Shown here piece by piece: positions 55,935 through 64,000 of a stretch of DNA of 64,000 bases. A model generated the notes under the pieces. The model had not been told where the DNA came from and did not search any database. It worked only from the letters and a program-made list of their open reading frames with translations. Location: the NCBI GenBank assembly GCA_963806665.1, contig CAWDYM010000002.1, forward strand, positions 2,326 through 66,325. The letters are read 5' to 3'. The number at the start of each line of letters is the position of its first letter. The first letter of the stretch is position 1. The DNA is from an uncultured Alphaproteobacteria bacterium (GTDB lineage Bacteria > Pseudomonadota > Alphaproteobacteria > Rhizobiales > Beijerinckiaceae). Made by a program: the position numbers and the translations under genes.

Positions 55935-58250
55935 TTACATGAAATTCTGAGGATCGACGTCGATCTGCACGCGGATTCCGCCGCGTTCTTTGGGCGCTGC
56001 CCTGACGAGATCGCGCAGGAAGCCTTGCACGTCGGCGCTGCGCGGCGCCTTCACGAGCAGGCGATATCGAAAGCGACCGCGGATGAGCGCGATCGGCGCC
56101 TCGGCGGGGCCGAGCATCATGATCTCGTCTGTTTCCGGCAGACCCCCGAGCGCGGCGACGCGATAGCGGGGCGAGGCCGGAAGATCATGCGCGGTGCGCG
56201 CCAGCGCGCGTGCGTGCGCCTCTGTCGCCGCCGCATCCTTGCCGGAGACGATCAGCGCGGCGAGACGCCCGAAAGGTGGCAGCCCGGCGCGTTCCCGCAG
56301 CGCGATTTCCTGCGCATAGAATTTCGCGGCGTCGCCAGAGAGCAGCGCCGCGATGACGGGATGCTCCGGTTGAAATGTCTGTATGAGAGCGCGACCCGGC
56401 TTGTCGCCGCGCCCGGCGCGGCCCGTCACCTGAGCGAGAAGCTGGAAGGTGCGTTCCGCCGCGCGCGGATCGCCGCTGCCGAGTCCAAGATCGGCGTCGA
56501 CGACTCCGACAAGCGTAAGATGCGGAAAATTATGGCCCTTGGCCACGAGCTGCGTGCCGATCACAATGTCGAAGGCGCCCTTTGCGATCTCGTCGAGTTC
56601 GCGCCGCAAACGCTCGGCGCCTCCCGGGAAATCGGACGAGAGCACCAAAATGCGCGCCTCGGGAAAGAGCGTCGCGGCTTCTTCGGCGAGGCGCTCGACC
56701 CCCGGCCCGCAGGCGGTGAGCAAATCCTCAGCGCCGCATTCGGGGCAGGCGTGCGGGCGGCGCTCCGTGTGGCCGCAATGATGGCAGACGAGCGCGCGGC
56801 GGAAGCGGTGTTCGACGAGCCAGGAGTCGCAGTTCTCGCAGCGGAAACGATGGCCGCATTCACGGCAGAGCGTCAGCGGCGCATAGCCGCGGCGGTTGAG
56901 AAACAGCAGCGCCTGTTCGCCGTGCGCGATGGTTTCGCCGACGGCGAGAGCGAGCCGGGGCGCAATCCAGCGTCCGCGCTCGGGGCCTTCCACGCGCATG
57001 TCGATGGGCTCCAGCACCGGCATCGGCCGCGCGCCCGCACGTGCGTCGAGGCGCAGATGGCCGTAGCGTCCGTTCTGCGCATTGACTCGCGTTTCGATTG
57101 AGGGCGTCGCGGAAGCGAGCACGACGGCCGCATCTTCAAATCGTCCACGCACCACCGCCATGTCGCGCGCGTGATAGGAGACGCCGTCGTCCTGCTTGTA
57201 GGCGCCTTCATGCTCTTCATCGACGACGATGAGGCGAAGATCGCGGAAAGGAAGAAACAGCGCGGAACGCGCGCCCGCGACGACGCTGAGCTCCCCCGTC
57301 GCGGCGGCGCGCCAGATGCGCGCGCGCTTGCGGGCCGACACGCCCGAATGCCACTCCGCGGGCTTTTCGCCAAAGCGCGCCGCGAAGCGTTCGAGAAACT
57401 GCGCCGTCAGCGCGATCTCCGGCATCATCACCAGCGCCTGACCGCCGGCGTCGAGCGCTGCGGCGATGGCTTCGAAATAGACCTCCGTCTTGCCGGAGCC
57501 GGTGACGCCTTCGAGCAGGAAGGGCTTGAATGCATGGTCGCGGACGGCGGCGCAGAGCGCATCGGCGGCGACGCGCTGCGCGGGCTCCAGAACGGGCGCC
57601 GCGAAGTCAGGATCGAGCGCGCGCGCAACCGGCTCCGGCGGCGCCGCGACCGCCTCCAGCGCGCCTTCATCGACGAGCGAGTCGATCACGCCCGATGAAC
57701 AGGCGGCGGCCTCCGCGAGCGCCTTCTTGGAGAAGGCCATGCCGCCTTCGGCCGCGTCGAGCACGCGGGCGCGGGTGGGGGTGAGGCGCAGATGGGGCCA
57801 GCGTTGGGCGATCCCATCCTCGCAAGGGGTAGAGTTAGGGAGGGGAGGAGATGGCTTTTGCGGGGGATCAGGTCCCGCCAGTCGATACAGCGTCCGCGTC
57901 GTTTCCGGCGCGGCTTCCTCGGCCGCGCGCGTCGCGAGCCGCAGCGCCATGCCACGCGGCGTCAGAGTGTAGCGCGCAAGCCAGTCGATGAAGTCCCGCA
58001 GCTTCTGGGGGAGCGGCGGGCGGTCGAGGCGCGCCGTGACCGTCTTGAGATTGCTGCGGGGCGCCGGCGAGGAGTCGACCGACCAGACGACGCCATAGGC
58101 TTCGCGCGTCCCCAGCGGGATCGTCACGCTGTCGCCGGGCCGCAGAGCGAGCGCGGGGGGGGCGAGATAGGAGTAAGGCGCATCGACGGCGACCGGCGCC
58201 AGGACGTCGACGACCTGCGCGCGTTTCGATTCGTCCTCGCTCCGGCTCAT
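55935..58250 (-). CDS. priA: Primosomal protein N' (replication restart helicase PriA)
   Basis: 771 aa: Walker A GVTGSGKTE, DEEH box (IVVDEEHE), and the Cys-rich zinc cluster CRECGHRFRCENCDSWLVEHR...LVCHHCGH...CPECG. Confidence 0.92.
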   Translation of the reverse strand: MSRSEDESKRAQVVDVLAPVAVDAPYSYLAPPALALRPGDSVTIPLGTREAYGVVWSVDSSPAPRSNLKTVTARLDRPPLPQKLRDFIDWLARYTLTPRGMALRLATRAAEEAAPETTRTLYRLAGPDPPQKPSPPLPNSTPCEDGIAQRWPHLRLTPTRARVLDAAEGGMAFSKKALAEAAACSSGVIDSLVDEGALEAVAAPPEPVARALDPDFAAPVLEPAQRVAADALCAAVRDHAFKPFLLEGVTGSGKTEVYFEAIAAALDAGGQALVMMPEIALTAQFLERFAARFGEKPAEWHSGVSARKRARIWRAAATGELSVVAGARSALFLPFRDLRLIVVDEEHEGAYKQDDGVSYHARDMAVVRGRFEDAAVVLASATPSIETRVNAQNGRYGHLRLDARAGARPMPVLEPIDMRVEGPERGRWIAPRLALAVGETIAHGEQALLFLNRRGYAPLTLCRECGHRFRCENCDSWLVEHRFRRALVCHHCGHTERRPHACPECGAEDLLTACGPGVERLAEEAATLFPEARILVLSSDFPGGAERLRRELDEIAKGAFDIVIGTQLVAKGHNFPHLTLVGVVDADLGLGSGDPRAAERTFQLLAQVTGRAGRGDKPGRALIQTFQPEHPVIAALLSGDAAKFYAQEIALRERAGLPPFGRLAALIVSGKDAAATEAHARALARTAHDLPASPRYRVAALGGLPETDEIMMLGPAEAPIALIRGRFRYRLLVKAPRSADVQGFLRDLVRAAPKERGGIRVQIDVDPQNFM

Positions 58251-58349
58251 GCTGCCGGCTTAAAGCATCTCACGGGCGCCCGGAAGCGCCGGGAACGAAG
58301 TCCCTGCAAAAGCGGTTGCACCAGCCGGATCGACTTGCAGGAGGCGCGC

Positions 58350-58967
58350 ATGAACAGCCTGATGGACAATCGATGGACCCAGATCGGCCTCTCGGCCGTG
58401 GTGACGGGAACCATCGCGACTTTGGTGTCGACCGCGGCTTTGGCCGCGCTTGCGAAGACGGAAGGCAAGGGCGCATTTCAGCCGACCAACGCCACGAGCC
58501 ATTGGCTCAACGACGATGAGGCGGCAGAAGTCGATCTGCCGACGGTCGAGCATACCGGCGTCGGTTTCCTCACCCACCACGCCTCGGCGATCTTCTGGGC
58601 CGCGCCCTTCGAGGCCTGGCTCGCGATCAACCCGCCGCGCACCTACTGGACGCTGCTGCGGGACGCCTTCGCCATGTCGGGCGTCGCCGCGATCGTCGAT
58701 TACGGCCTGACGCCGAAACGACTCACTCCCGGCTGGGAGCTGGTGCTCAGCAAGAAGTCGATGGTGGCGACCTATGTCGTCTTCGCCTTCGGCCTCGCGG
58801 CGGGCGCCGTCGCCTCCCAGCGCCTGCGCGAGTCGATGCGCGAGACATGGACCGACGCCTTGGGCAATGCTTTGCGCGATAACTGGCGCACGGCCTTGCG
58901 CAATACGCGGCGCGAGACGTGGCGGGAGGCGATCCCCCGCCGTCTCGCGCAGCTTGCGCAGGCTTAG
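58350..58967 (+). CDS. Hypothetical membrane protein
   Basis: 205 aa from the ATG at 58350 (AGGAGG at 58339-58344). It has 3-4 hydrophobic segments and a C-terminal Arg/Trp-rich repeat-like tail (RETWTDALGNALRDNWRTALRNTRRETWREA). Confidence 0.45.
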   Translation: MNSLMDNRWTQIGLSAVVTGTIATLVSTAALAALAKTEGKGAFQPTNATSHWLNDDEAAEVDLPTVEHTGVGFLTHHASAIFWAAPFEAWLAINPPRTYWTLLRDAFAMSGVAAIVDYGLTPKRLTPGWELVLSKKSMVATYVVFAFGLAAGAVASQRLRESMRETWTDALGNALRDNWRTALRNTRRETWREAIPRRLAQLAQA

Positions 58968-59380
58968 GGGCAGTTATCCCAGAAGCCGGCGCTATAGGAG
59001 GCGTCGGTGTAGTACCAGCACAGGCCCGGCCCCGGCGCGGCCGACGAGGCGTAGGCCGCGGCGGTCGCCGCGGTCAAAAAGCCGATCGCCGCGCCCGCCG
59101 CGATCGCGCCGCCGGGCCGCCAGCCGTAATAGGGCCGACGCCAGCCGCCGCCCGTCACCACCACGGCCCGCCCGGGGCGATATCCGCCATGGTAACCGCC
59201 GTGGTATCCGCCGCCGGGCCGGACCACCGCCCCGCCGTGGTAGCCGCCGCGCGCCTGTGTGATGGCGGCGCCGGCGTCGGGGGCCGGCGCGGCCGGCAAG
59301 GCGAAAGCGGCGGGGGTTTGCGCGAGCATCAGCGCTCCCGCGGTAGCCGCCACGAAAAAGCGCTTCGATAATGCGTTCAT
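58964..59380 (-). CDS. Exported Gly/His/Tyr-repeat protein
   Basis: 138 aa. Signal peptide, GGYHGG repeats (GGYHGGAVVRPGGGYHGGYHGGYRPG), a hydrophobic Ala/Gly stretch, and C-terminal CWYYTDASYSAGFWDNCP. Confidence 0.55.
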   Translation of the reverse strand: MNALSKRFFVAATAGALMLAQTPAAFALPAAPAPDAGAAITQARGGYHGGAVVRPGGGYHGGYHGGYRPGRAVVVTGGGWRRPYYGWRPGGAIAAGAAIGFLTAATAAAYASSAAPGPGLCWYYTDASYSAGFWDNCP

Positions 59381-59488
59381 ATTTCCTCCAGTTCTCGGCG
59401 CCCCTGAAGGCGCCGGGCGCGAGCCTCGCCAGAGATAATGGCTCCGCTCCTCCCCGCAAAGCCCGGGGGCTCGCCGGACTGGCCCGCC

Positions 59489-59517
59489 TTGACCTTCCCG
59501 CCCTCACTCCCTATCCC
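59489..59517 (+). promoter_or_regulatory. Candidate sigma-70-type promoter of rnpB
   Basis: TTGACC (59489-59494), a 17-nt spacer, then TATCCC (59512-59517). This places a start about 7-9 nt downstream, at the predicted RNase P RNA 5' end. Confidence 0.3.
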
Positions 59518-59523
59518 TGAAAG

Positions 59524-59909
<386 letters not shown>

Positions 59910-60164
59910 GTTTTACGGCCCGGATCGGGACGCGGCGAGGGCGCCTGTAAACCGTCCCTTAAGACTAACAAAGCTTAATGCTGTTTGGCGCCGGGGTGGC
60001 GCTGCGGCGTGAAATCGCCGCTCCGCCGACGCCTTGAAAAACCGATGCTCCGCCAAGAGTTTCAGCCGCGACGTCAAAAAACCGTGAGCCCGCCCGGCCA
60101 GGGCCGGGTCGCGCGAATCCGACGCGCCGCGCCGGCGGCGACGGCGAATGCGAGGGTCAGCGTG

Positions 60165-61205
60165 ATGGAAAAGGACCACGGCGCGGATCAAGGCCTGGCC
60201 GGGAACGGCCCCGTCCGCCATATCCCCGTGCTCCTGCAAGAGGCCGTTCAGGCGTTGCGCCCGCGCGCGGGCGGCCGCTATCTCGATGGCACCTTCGGCG
60301 CCGGCGGCTATACGCGCGCCCTTCTCGAAACCGAGGGCGCCCAGGTTGTTGCGCTCGATCGCGACCCGATGGCCATCGCCGCCGGCGCCGATCTCGTCGG
60401 CAAGGCGCGGGGGCGGCTCACGCTGGTCGAAGCGCGTTTCTCGCAGCTCGAAGAAGTCGCCAGAACCCACGGCTTTGCGCCGCTCGACGGGGTGGTCCTC
60501 GATATCGGCGTCTCGTCGATGCAGTTCGATGAAGCCGAGCGCGGCTTCTCCTTCCGCGGCGACGGCCCGCTCGACATGCGCATGGAGGGCCGGGGGCAGA
60601 GCGCCGCCGACATCGTCAACGAAGCCGATGAAGAGACGCTCGCCGATATACTTTATTTCTACGGCGAGGAGCGCGCATCGCGCCGCATCGCCCGCGCCAT
60701 CGTTCACGACCGTGAGATCGCGCCCTTCACCTCGACCAAAGCGCTCGCGGAAATGATCGCGCGCGTCGCGCCGGGACGTCCGATCGACATCCATCCCGCG
60801 ACAAAAAGCTTTCAGGCGCTGCGCATCGCGGTGAATGACGAGCTGGGCGAGTTGCTCGATGCGCTTGCCGCGGCGGAGCGGGTTCTCGCGGAAGGCGGAC
60901 GCCTCGCCGTCGTCACTTTTCACTCGCTCGAAGACCGCATCGTGAAGCAGTTCCTTTCCGAGCGGTCGGGCCGCGGCGAGACGGGCTCGCGCCGCCTGCC
61001 GGGCGAGCCTGCGGCGGCTCCGACGAGCTTCAGTTGCGAGGGGCGTCAGCCCATCGCGCCCTCGCGCGAGGAAATCGCCGCCAATCCACGCGCGCGTTCG
61101 GCCAAGCTGCGGCACGCCACGCGTACGGCAGCGCCTCCGCTTCCGCCCGGCGACAGGCTGACGCGCCTTGCGCGCCTGCCCGCCCGCGACAAAGGAAAAG
61201 TCTGA
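60165..61205 (+). CDS. rsmH: 16S rRNA (cytosine1402-N4)-methyltransferase RsmH/MraW
   Basis: [82 protein letters not shown] at 60165. Confidence 0.9.
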   Translation: MEKDHGADQGLAGNGPVRHIPVLLQEAVQALRPRAGGRYLDGTFGAGGYTRALLETEGAQVVALDRDPMAIAAGADLVGKARGRLTLVEARFSQLEEVARTHGFAPLDGVVLDIGVSSMQFDEAERGFSFRGDGPLDMRMEGRGQSAADIVNEADEETLADILYFYGEERASRRIARAIVHDREIAPFTSTKALAEMIARVAPGRPIDIHPATKSFQALRIAVNDELGELLDALAAAERVLAEGGRLAVVTFHSLEDRIVKQFLSERSGRGETGSRRLPGEPAAAPTSFSCEGRQPIAPSREEIAANPRARSAKLRHATRTAAPPLPPGDRLTRLARLPARDKGKV

Positions 61206-61690
61206 TGCTTCGGCTTCTCAACATCGTCGCGGTCCTCGCGCTCATCGGATCGGCGGTCTATGCCTATTCGATCAAATACCAGACCGCTTACCGCGCCGAG
61301 CAGATCGCCAAGACCAAAATCGAGATCAAGGCCGAGCAGGACGCCATCGCCGTCCTGCGGGCGGAATGGGCCTATATGACGCGGCCCGAACGTCTGCAGC
61401 CGCTCGCCGAAAAATACCTGCCGGACCTCAAGCCGCTGCAAGTCACGCAGCTCGTTCCGGCGCAATCGCTGCCGCAGAAAACGCACGGCGACTCGATCGG
61501 CGCCAAGCTGGGCGAGATCGGTCTGAGTTTGCCCGCAACGCCCGCCGCCGCGCCCGCCGCCGCGCCCGCGACGCCGACCACGGCCCGATCCCAGACCGCC
61601 AAAGTCAAGAGCGCGACGCCGAAAGTCGCGACGACGACCAAGCCGCAAGGCGCCAGCCCGAGCCCGAGCCGTGAGGCGAAAAAGCTATGA
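61205..61690 (+). CDS. ftsL: FtsL-like cell division protein
   Basis: 161 aa. Single N-terminal TM (LLNIVAVLALIGSAVYAYSI), a coiled-coil segment, and a Pro/Ala/Thr-rich tail. Positioned between rsmH and ftsI, with start and stop overlaps on both sides. Confidence 0.6.
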   Translation: MLRLLNIVAVLALIGSAVYAYSIKYQTAYRAEQIAKTKIEIKAEQDAIAVLRAEWAYMTRPERLQPLAEKYLPDLKPLQVTQLVPAQSLPQKTHGDSIGAKLGEIGLSLPATPAAAPAAAPATPTTARSQTAKVKSATPKVATTTKPQGASPSPSREAKKL

Positions 61691-63495
61691 CAGAGCATCA
61701 TCACATGCCGGACATGCTCGAAACGCCGCCGGCCCGCCCGGTGAAAAAGCCCTCGAAATACGCCGGCGTGATCCGCGCCGCCTTCTCCACGAGTCTCGCG
61801 ACGAGCGGGCCACGCATGCGGCTTGCGGCGCTGGGCTTTCTCGCGCTTTACGGCGTGATCAGCGCCAAGCTCATCTATCTGGGCTTCAAGCCGGAGCCGG
61901 CGACCATTCGCCGCGCCGCCGCGGAAGCCGTGTCCGCCTCGCGGCCCGACATTCTAGATCGCAACGGCGAAGTCCTCGCGAGCGACGTCAAGGTCATGTC
62001 GGTTTTCGCCGAGCCGCGCCGCCTCATCGACAAAGACGAGGCGACCGAGCTCCTGTCCGCGGCGCTGCCGGGGCTCGACGGCAAGGAACTTCGCGACCGC
62101 CTCGCGTCCCGGAAAGGCTTCGTCTGGGTCAAGCGCGAGGTCACGCCGCATCAGCGCGACGAGGTGTTCCACCTTGGTCTGCCGGGCGTCGGGCTCATCG
62201 CCGAAAACAAGCGCGTCTATCCAAACGGGCCCATCGGCGCGCATGTGCTGGGCTTCGCCAACATCGATAACCAGGGCATCGCCGGCATCGAGAAATTCAT
62301 CGACGGCCAGGGCCTCACCGATCTGCATAATCTTGGCTTCGGCGCGACGCCGGACGATCTTCAGCCGATCGCGCTGTCGCTCGACATCCGCGCCACTCAT
62401 GCGCTGCGGGACGAACTCGCCAAGGGCGTGGAGCGTTTCAAGGCCAAGGCCGGCGCCGCGGCGATCATGGACGTCAACACGGGTGAAATTATCGCGCTCG
62501 CGTCGCTGCCGGACTACGACCCGAACAATCCGACCGACAAGAACGCCGATGCGCTCGACCAGGTTCACATCAACCGCATGAGCGTCGGCGTTTATGAGAT
62601 GGGTTCGACCTTCAAGGCGCTGACCATCGCGATGGCGCTCGACAGCGGGAAGGTCAACCTCAACTCGCGGCTCGACGCGCGCGGCGCGCTCTCCTTCGGC
62701 CGCTTCAAGATCCACGATTATCACGCGCAGAACCGCGCGCTCACCGTGCCGGAGGTCTTCACTTATTCGTCCAACGTCGGCACCGCGCGCATGGCGATGG
62801 GGCAGGGCGTCGAGAAGCATCAGGCGTTTTTGCGCAAGATGGGCCAGCTCACGCGCATGCGCACCGAGCTTCCCGAGAGCGCCGAACCGATCGTTCCGCG
62901 CAATTGGGGCGAACTCAACACCATGACGATCGCCTTCGGCCATGGTCTCGCCGTGGCGCCGCTGCAGGCCATGATGGCGGTCGGCGCGCTGATGAACGGC
63001 GGCTATCTCATCACCCCGAGCTTCCTGAAGCGCAACGAAGACGAAGCGATGAAGACCGCGGTGCAGGTCGTGAAGCCCGAGACGAGCGAGGCGATGCGCT
63101 ATCTGATGCGTCTCAACGCGGAGATCGGCACGGCGAAGAAGGTCGACATCAACGGCTATTTCGTCGGCGGCAAGACCGGCACGGCGGAGAAGGTGATCCA
63201 CGGCCATTATTCAAAGGACCGCCTGTTCACCACCTTCATGGCGGTCGCGCCTTCCGACAAGCCGAAATATCTTTTCCTGACGCTCATGGATGAGCCGCAG
63301 GGCCTGCCCGAGGACGGCGGTCACGCCACCGCCGCCTACAATTCCGGCTCGGTGACGGGCGAGATCATCGAACGCGTCGGACCGATCATCGGCCTCGCGC
63401 CGCGCTTCGAGCCGCCGCACACGCCCTTCCCGCTGCTGGCCAAACTCGGCTATGGCATGGCGAATGTTCCCGCTTCCGGAGGCCATGGCCACTGA
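61687..63495 (+). CDS. ftsI: Peptidoglycan D,D-transpeptidase FtsI (PBP3)
   Basis: 602 aa. N-terminal TM and PBP dimerisation domain. Transpeptidase motifs STFK (GSTFKAL), SSN (YSSNVG), KTG (GGKTGTAEK). Confidence 0.92.
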   Translation: MTEHHHMPDMLETPPARPVKKPSKYAGVIRAAFSTSLATSGPRMRLAALGFLALYGVISAKLIYLGFKPEPATIRRAAAEAVSASRPDILDRNGEVLASDVKVMSVFAEPRRLIDKDEATELLSAALPGLDGKELRDRLASRKGFVWVKREVTPHQRDEVFHLGLPGVGLIAENKRVYPNGPIGAHVLGFANIDNQGIAGIEKFIDGQGLTDLHNLGFGATPDDLQPIALSLDIRATHALRDELAKGVERFKAKAGAAAIMDVNTGEIIALASLPDYDPNNPTDKNADALDQVHINRMSVGVYEMGSTFKALTIAMALDSGKVNLNSRLDARGALSFGRFKIHDYHAQNRALTVPEVFTYSSNVGTARMAMGQGVEKHQAFLRKMGQLTRMRTELPESAEPIVPRNWGELNTMTIAFGHGLAVAPLQAMMAVGALMNGGYLITPSFLKRNEDEAMKTAVQVVKPETSEAMRYLMRLNAEIGTAKKVDINGYFVGGKTGTAEKVIHGHYSKDRLFTTFMAVAPSDKPKYLFLTLMDEPQGLPEDGGHATAAYNSGSVTGEIIERVGPIIGLAPRFEPPHTPFPLLAKLGYGMANVPASGGHGH

Positions 63496-64000
63496 TGCGT
63501 CTGGCTGAACTCCTCGCGCTCGACGACCTCGATCCCACGCTCGCCGGGATCGAGATCGCCGGCCTGTCGGCTGACAGCCGCGCGATCCAGCAAGGTTTCG
63601 TCTTTTTTGCCATTCCCGGCCATGCCGGCGACGGGCTTTCCTTTGTGAACGACGCCAGAGCGCGCGGCGCCGTCGTCGTCGTGGCGCAGCGGCGGGCCGA
63701 TTGTCCCTTGCCGTTGATCGTCGTCGACGATGTGCGCGCAGCACTCGCCCAGGCGGCGGCGCGTTTCTATCCGCGCCAGCCCCACACCATCGTCGCAGTC
63801 ACCGGCACGAGCGGCAAGACCTCGGTCGTCGCCTTTCTGCGCCAGATCTGGGCGGCCGCCGGCCATGAGGCGGCCTCGCTCGGCACGGTCGGCATCGTCA
63901 ACTCCAAGGGCGCGCATTATGGTTCGCTGACGACCCCGGGGCCGGTCGAACTGCACAAGCTGCTCGATGAACTCGCGGGACGCGGCGTCACGCATCTTGC
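63495..64000 (+). CDS. murE: UDP-N-acetylmuramoyl-L-alanyl-D-glutamate--2,6-diaminopimelate ligase, 5' part (runs off the window)
   Basis: The ATG at 63495 overlaps the ftsI stop: MRLAELLA...GLSADSRAIQQGFVFFAIPGHAGDG..FV..A...GA......IVAVTGTSGKTS (P-loop). Absent from the ORF track because there is no stop inside the window. Confidence 0.85.
   Translation, partial: MRLAELLALDDLDPTLAGIEIAGLSADSRAIQQGFVFFAIPGHAGDGLSFVNDARARGAVVVVAQRRADCPLPLIVVDDVRAALAQAAARFYPRQPHTIVAVTGTSGKTSVVAFLRQIWAAAGHEAASLGTVGIVNSKGAHYGSLTTPGPVELHKLLDELAGRGVTHL

Overview
High-GC (about 65%) alphaproteobacterial chromosome segment. The gene content suggests a Methylocystaceae-type methanotroph or methylotroph: a Csp-type copper storage protein, an Fae-like protein, MoSto, Ros/MucR and ModE. 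This taxonomic call is inference only. I support about 55 genes and one RNA gene. In order they are: Phe/branched-chain catabolism (FAH-family, phhA, mmsA, mmsB); an MMPL/HpnN-like exporter; an OMF-MFP-RND efflux operon; a kaiC-kaiB-kaiB'-PAS histidine kinase operon; a Pls/PosA-type single-module NRPS (A-T plus three TM/hexapeptide blocks); a MarR-EmrA-EmrB operon; the molybdenum storage protein genes mosB and mosA; a Tat-exported Cys-rich four-helix copper storage protein; Ros/MucR; a truncated CCA-enzyme-like HD protein; YqeB-like plus ModE; a YqjD/holin-like/DUF3618 triad; then Fae-like, pyrD, DUF952, opgGH, glmU and glmS; a glycan export and glycosyltransferase locus; an Omp25-like porin, hrcA and priA; rnpB (RNase P RNA); and the start of the dcw cluster (rsmH, ftsL-like, ftsI, murE). 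I found no tRNA, rRNA, CRISPR array, IS element or prophage. Seven otherwise intact genes are each interrupted by a single +1 (one extra base) frameshift. That pattern looks more like assembly indel error than decay, so the pseudogene labels are provisional. The most interesting items are the Pls-like polymer synthetase locus, the KaiA-less Kai module with two KaiB genes, and the clustering of Mo and Cu storage genes. All function calls come from reading the translated ORFs and recalling family motifs. No database search was run.
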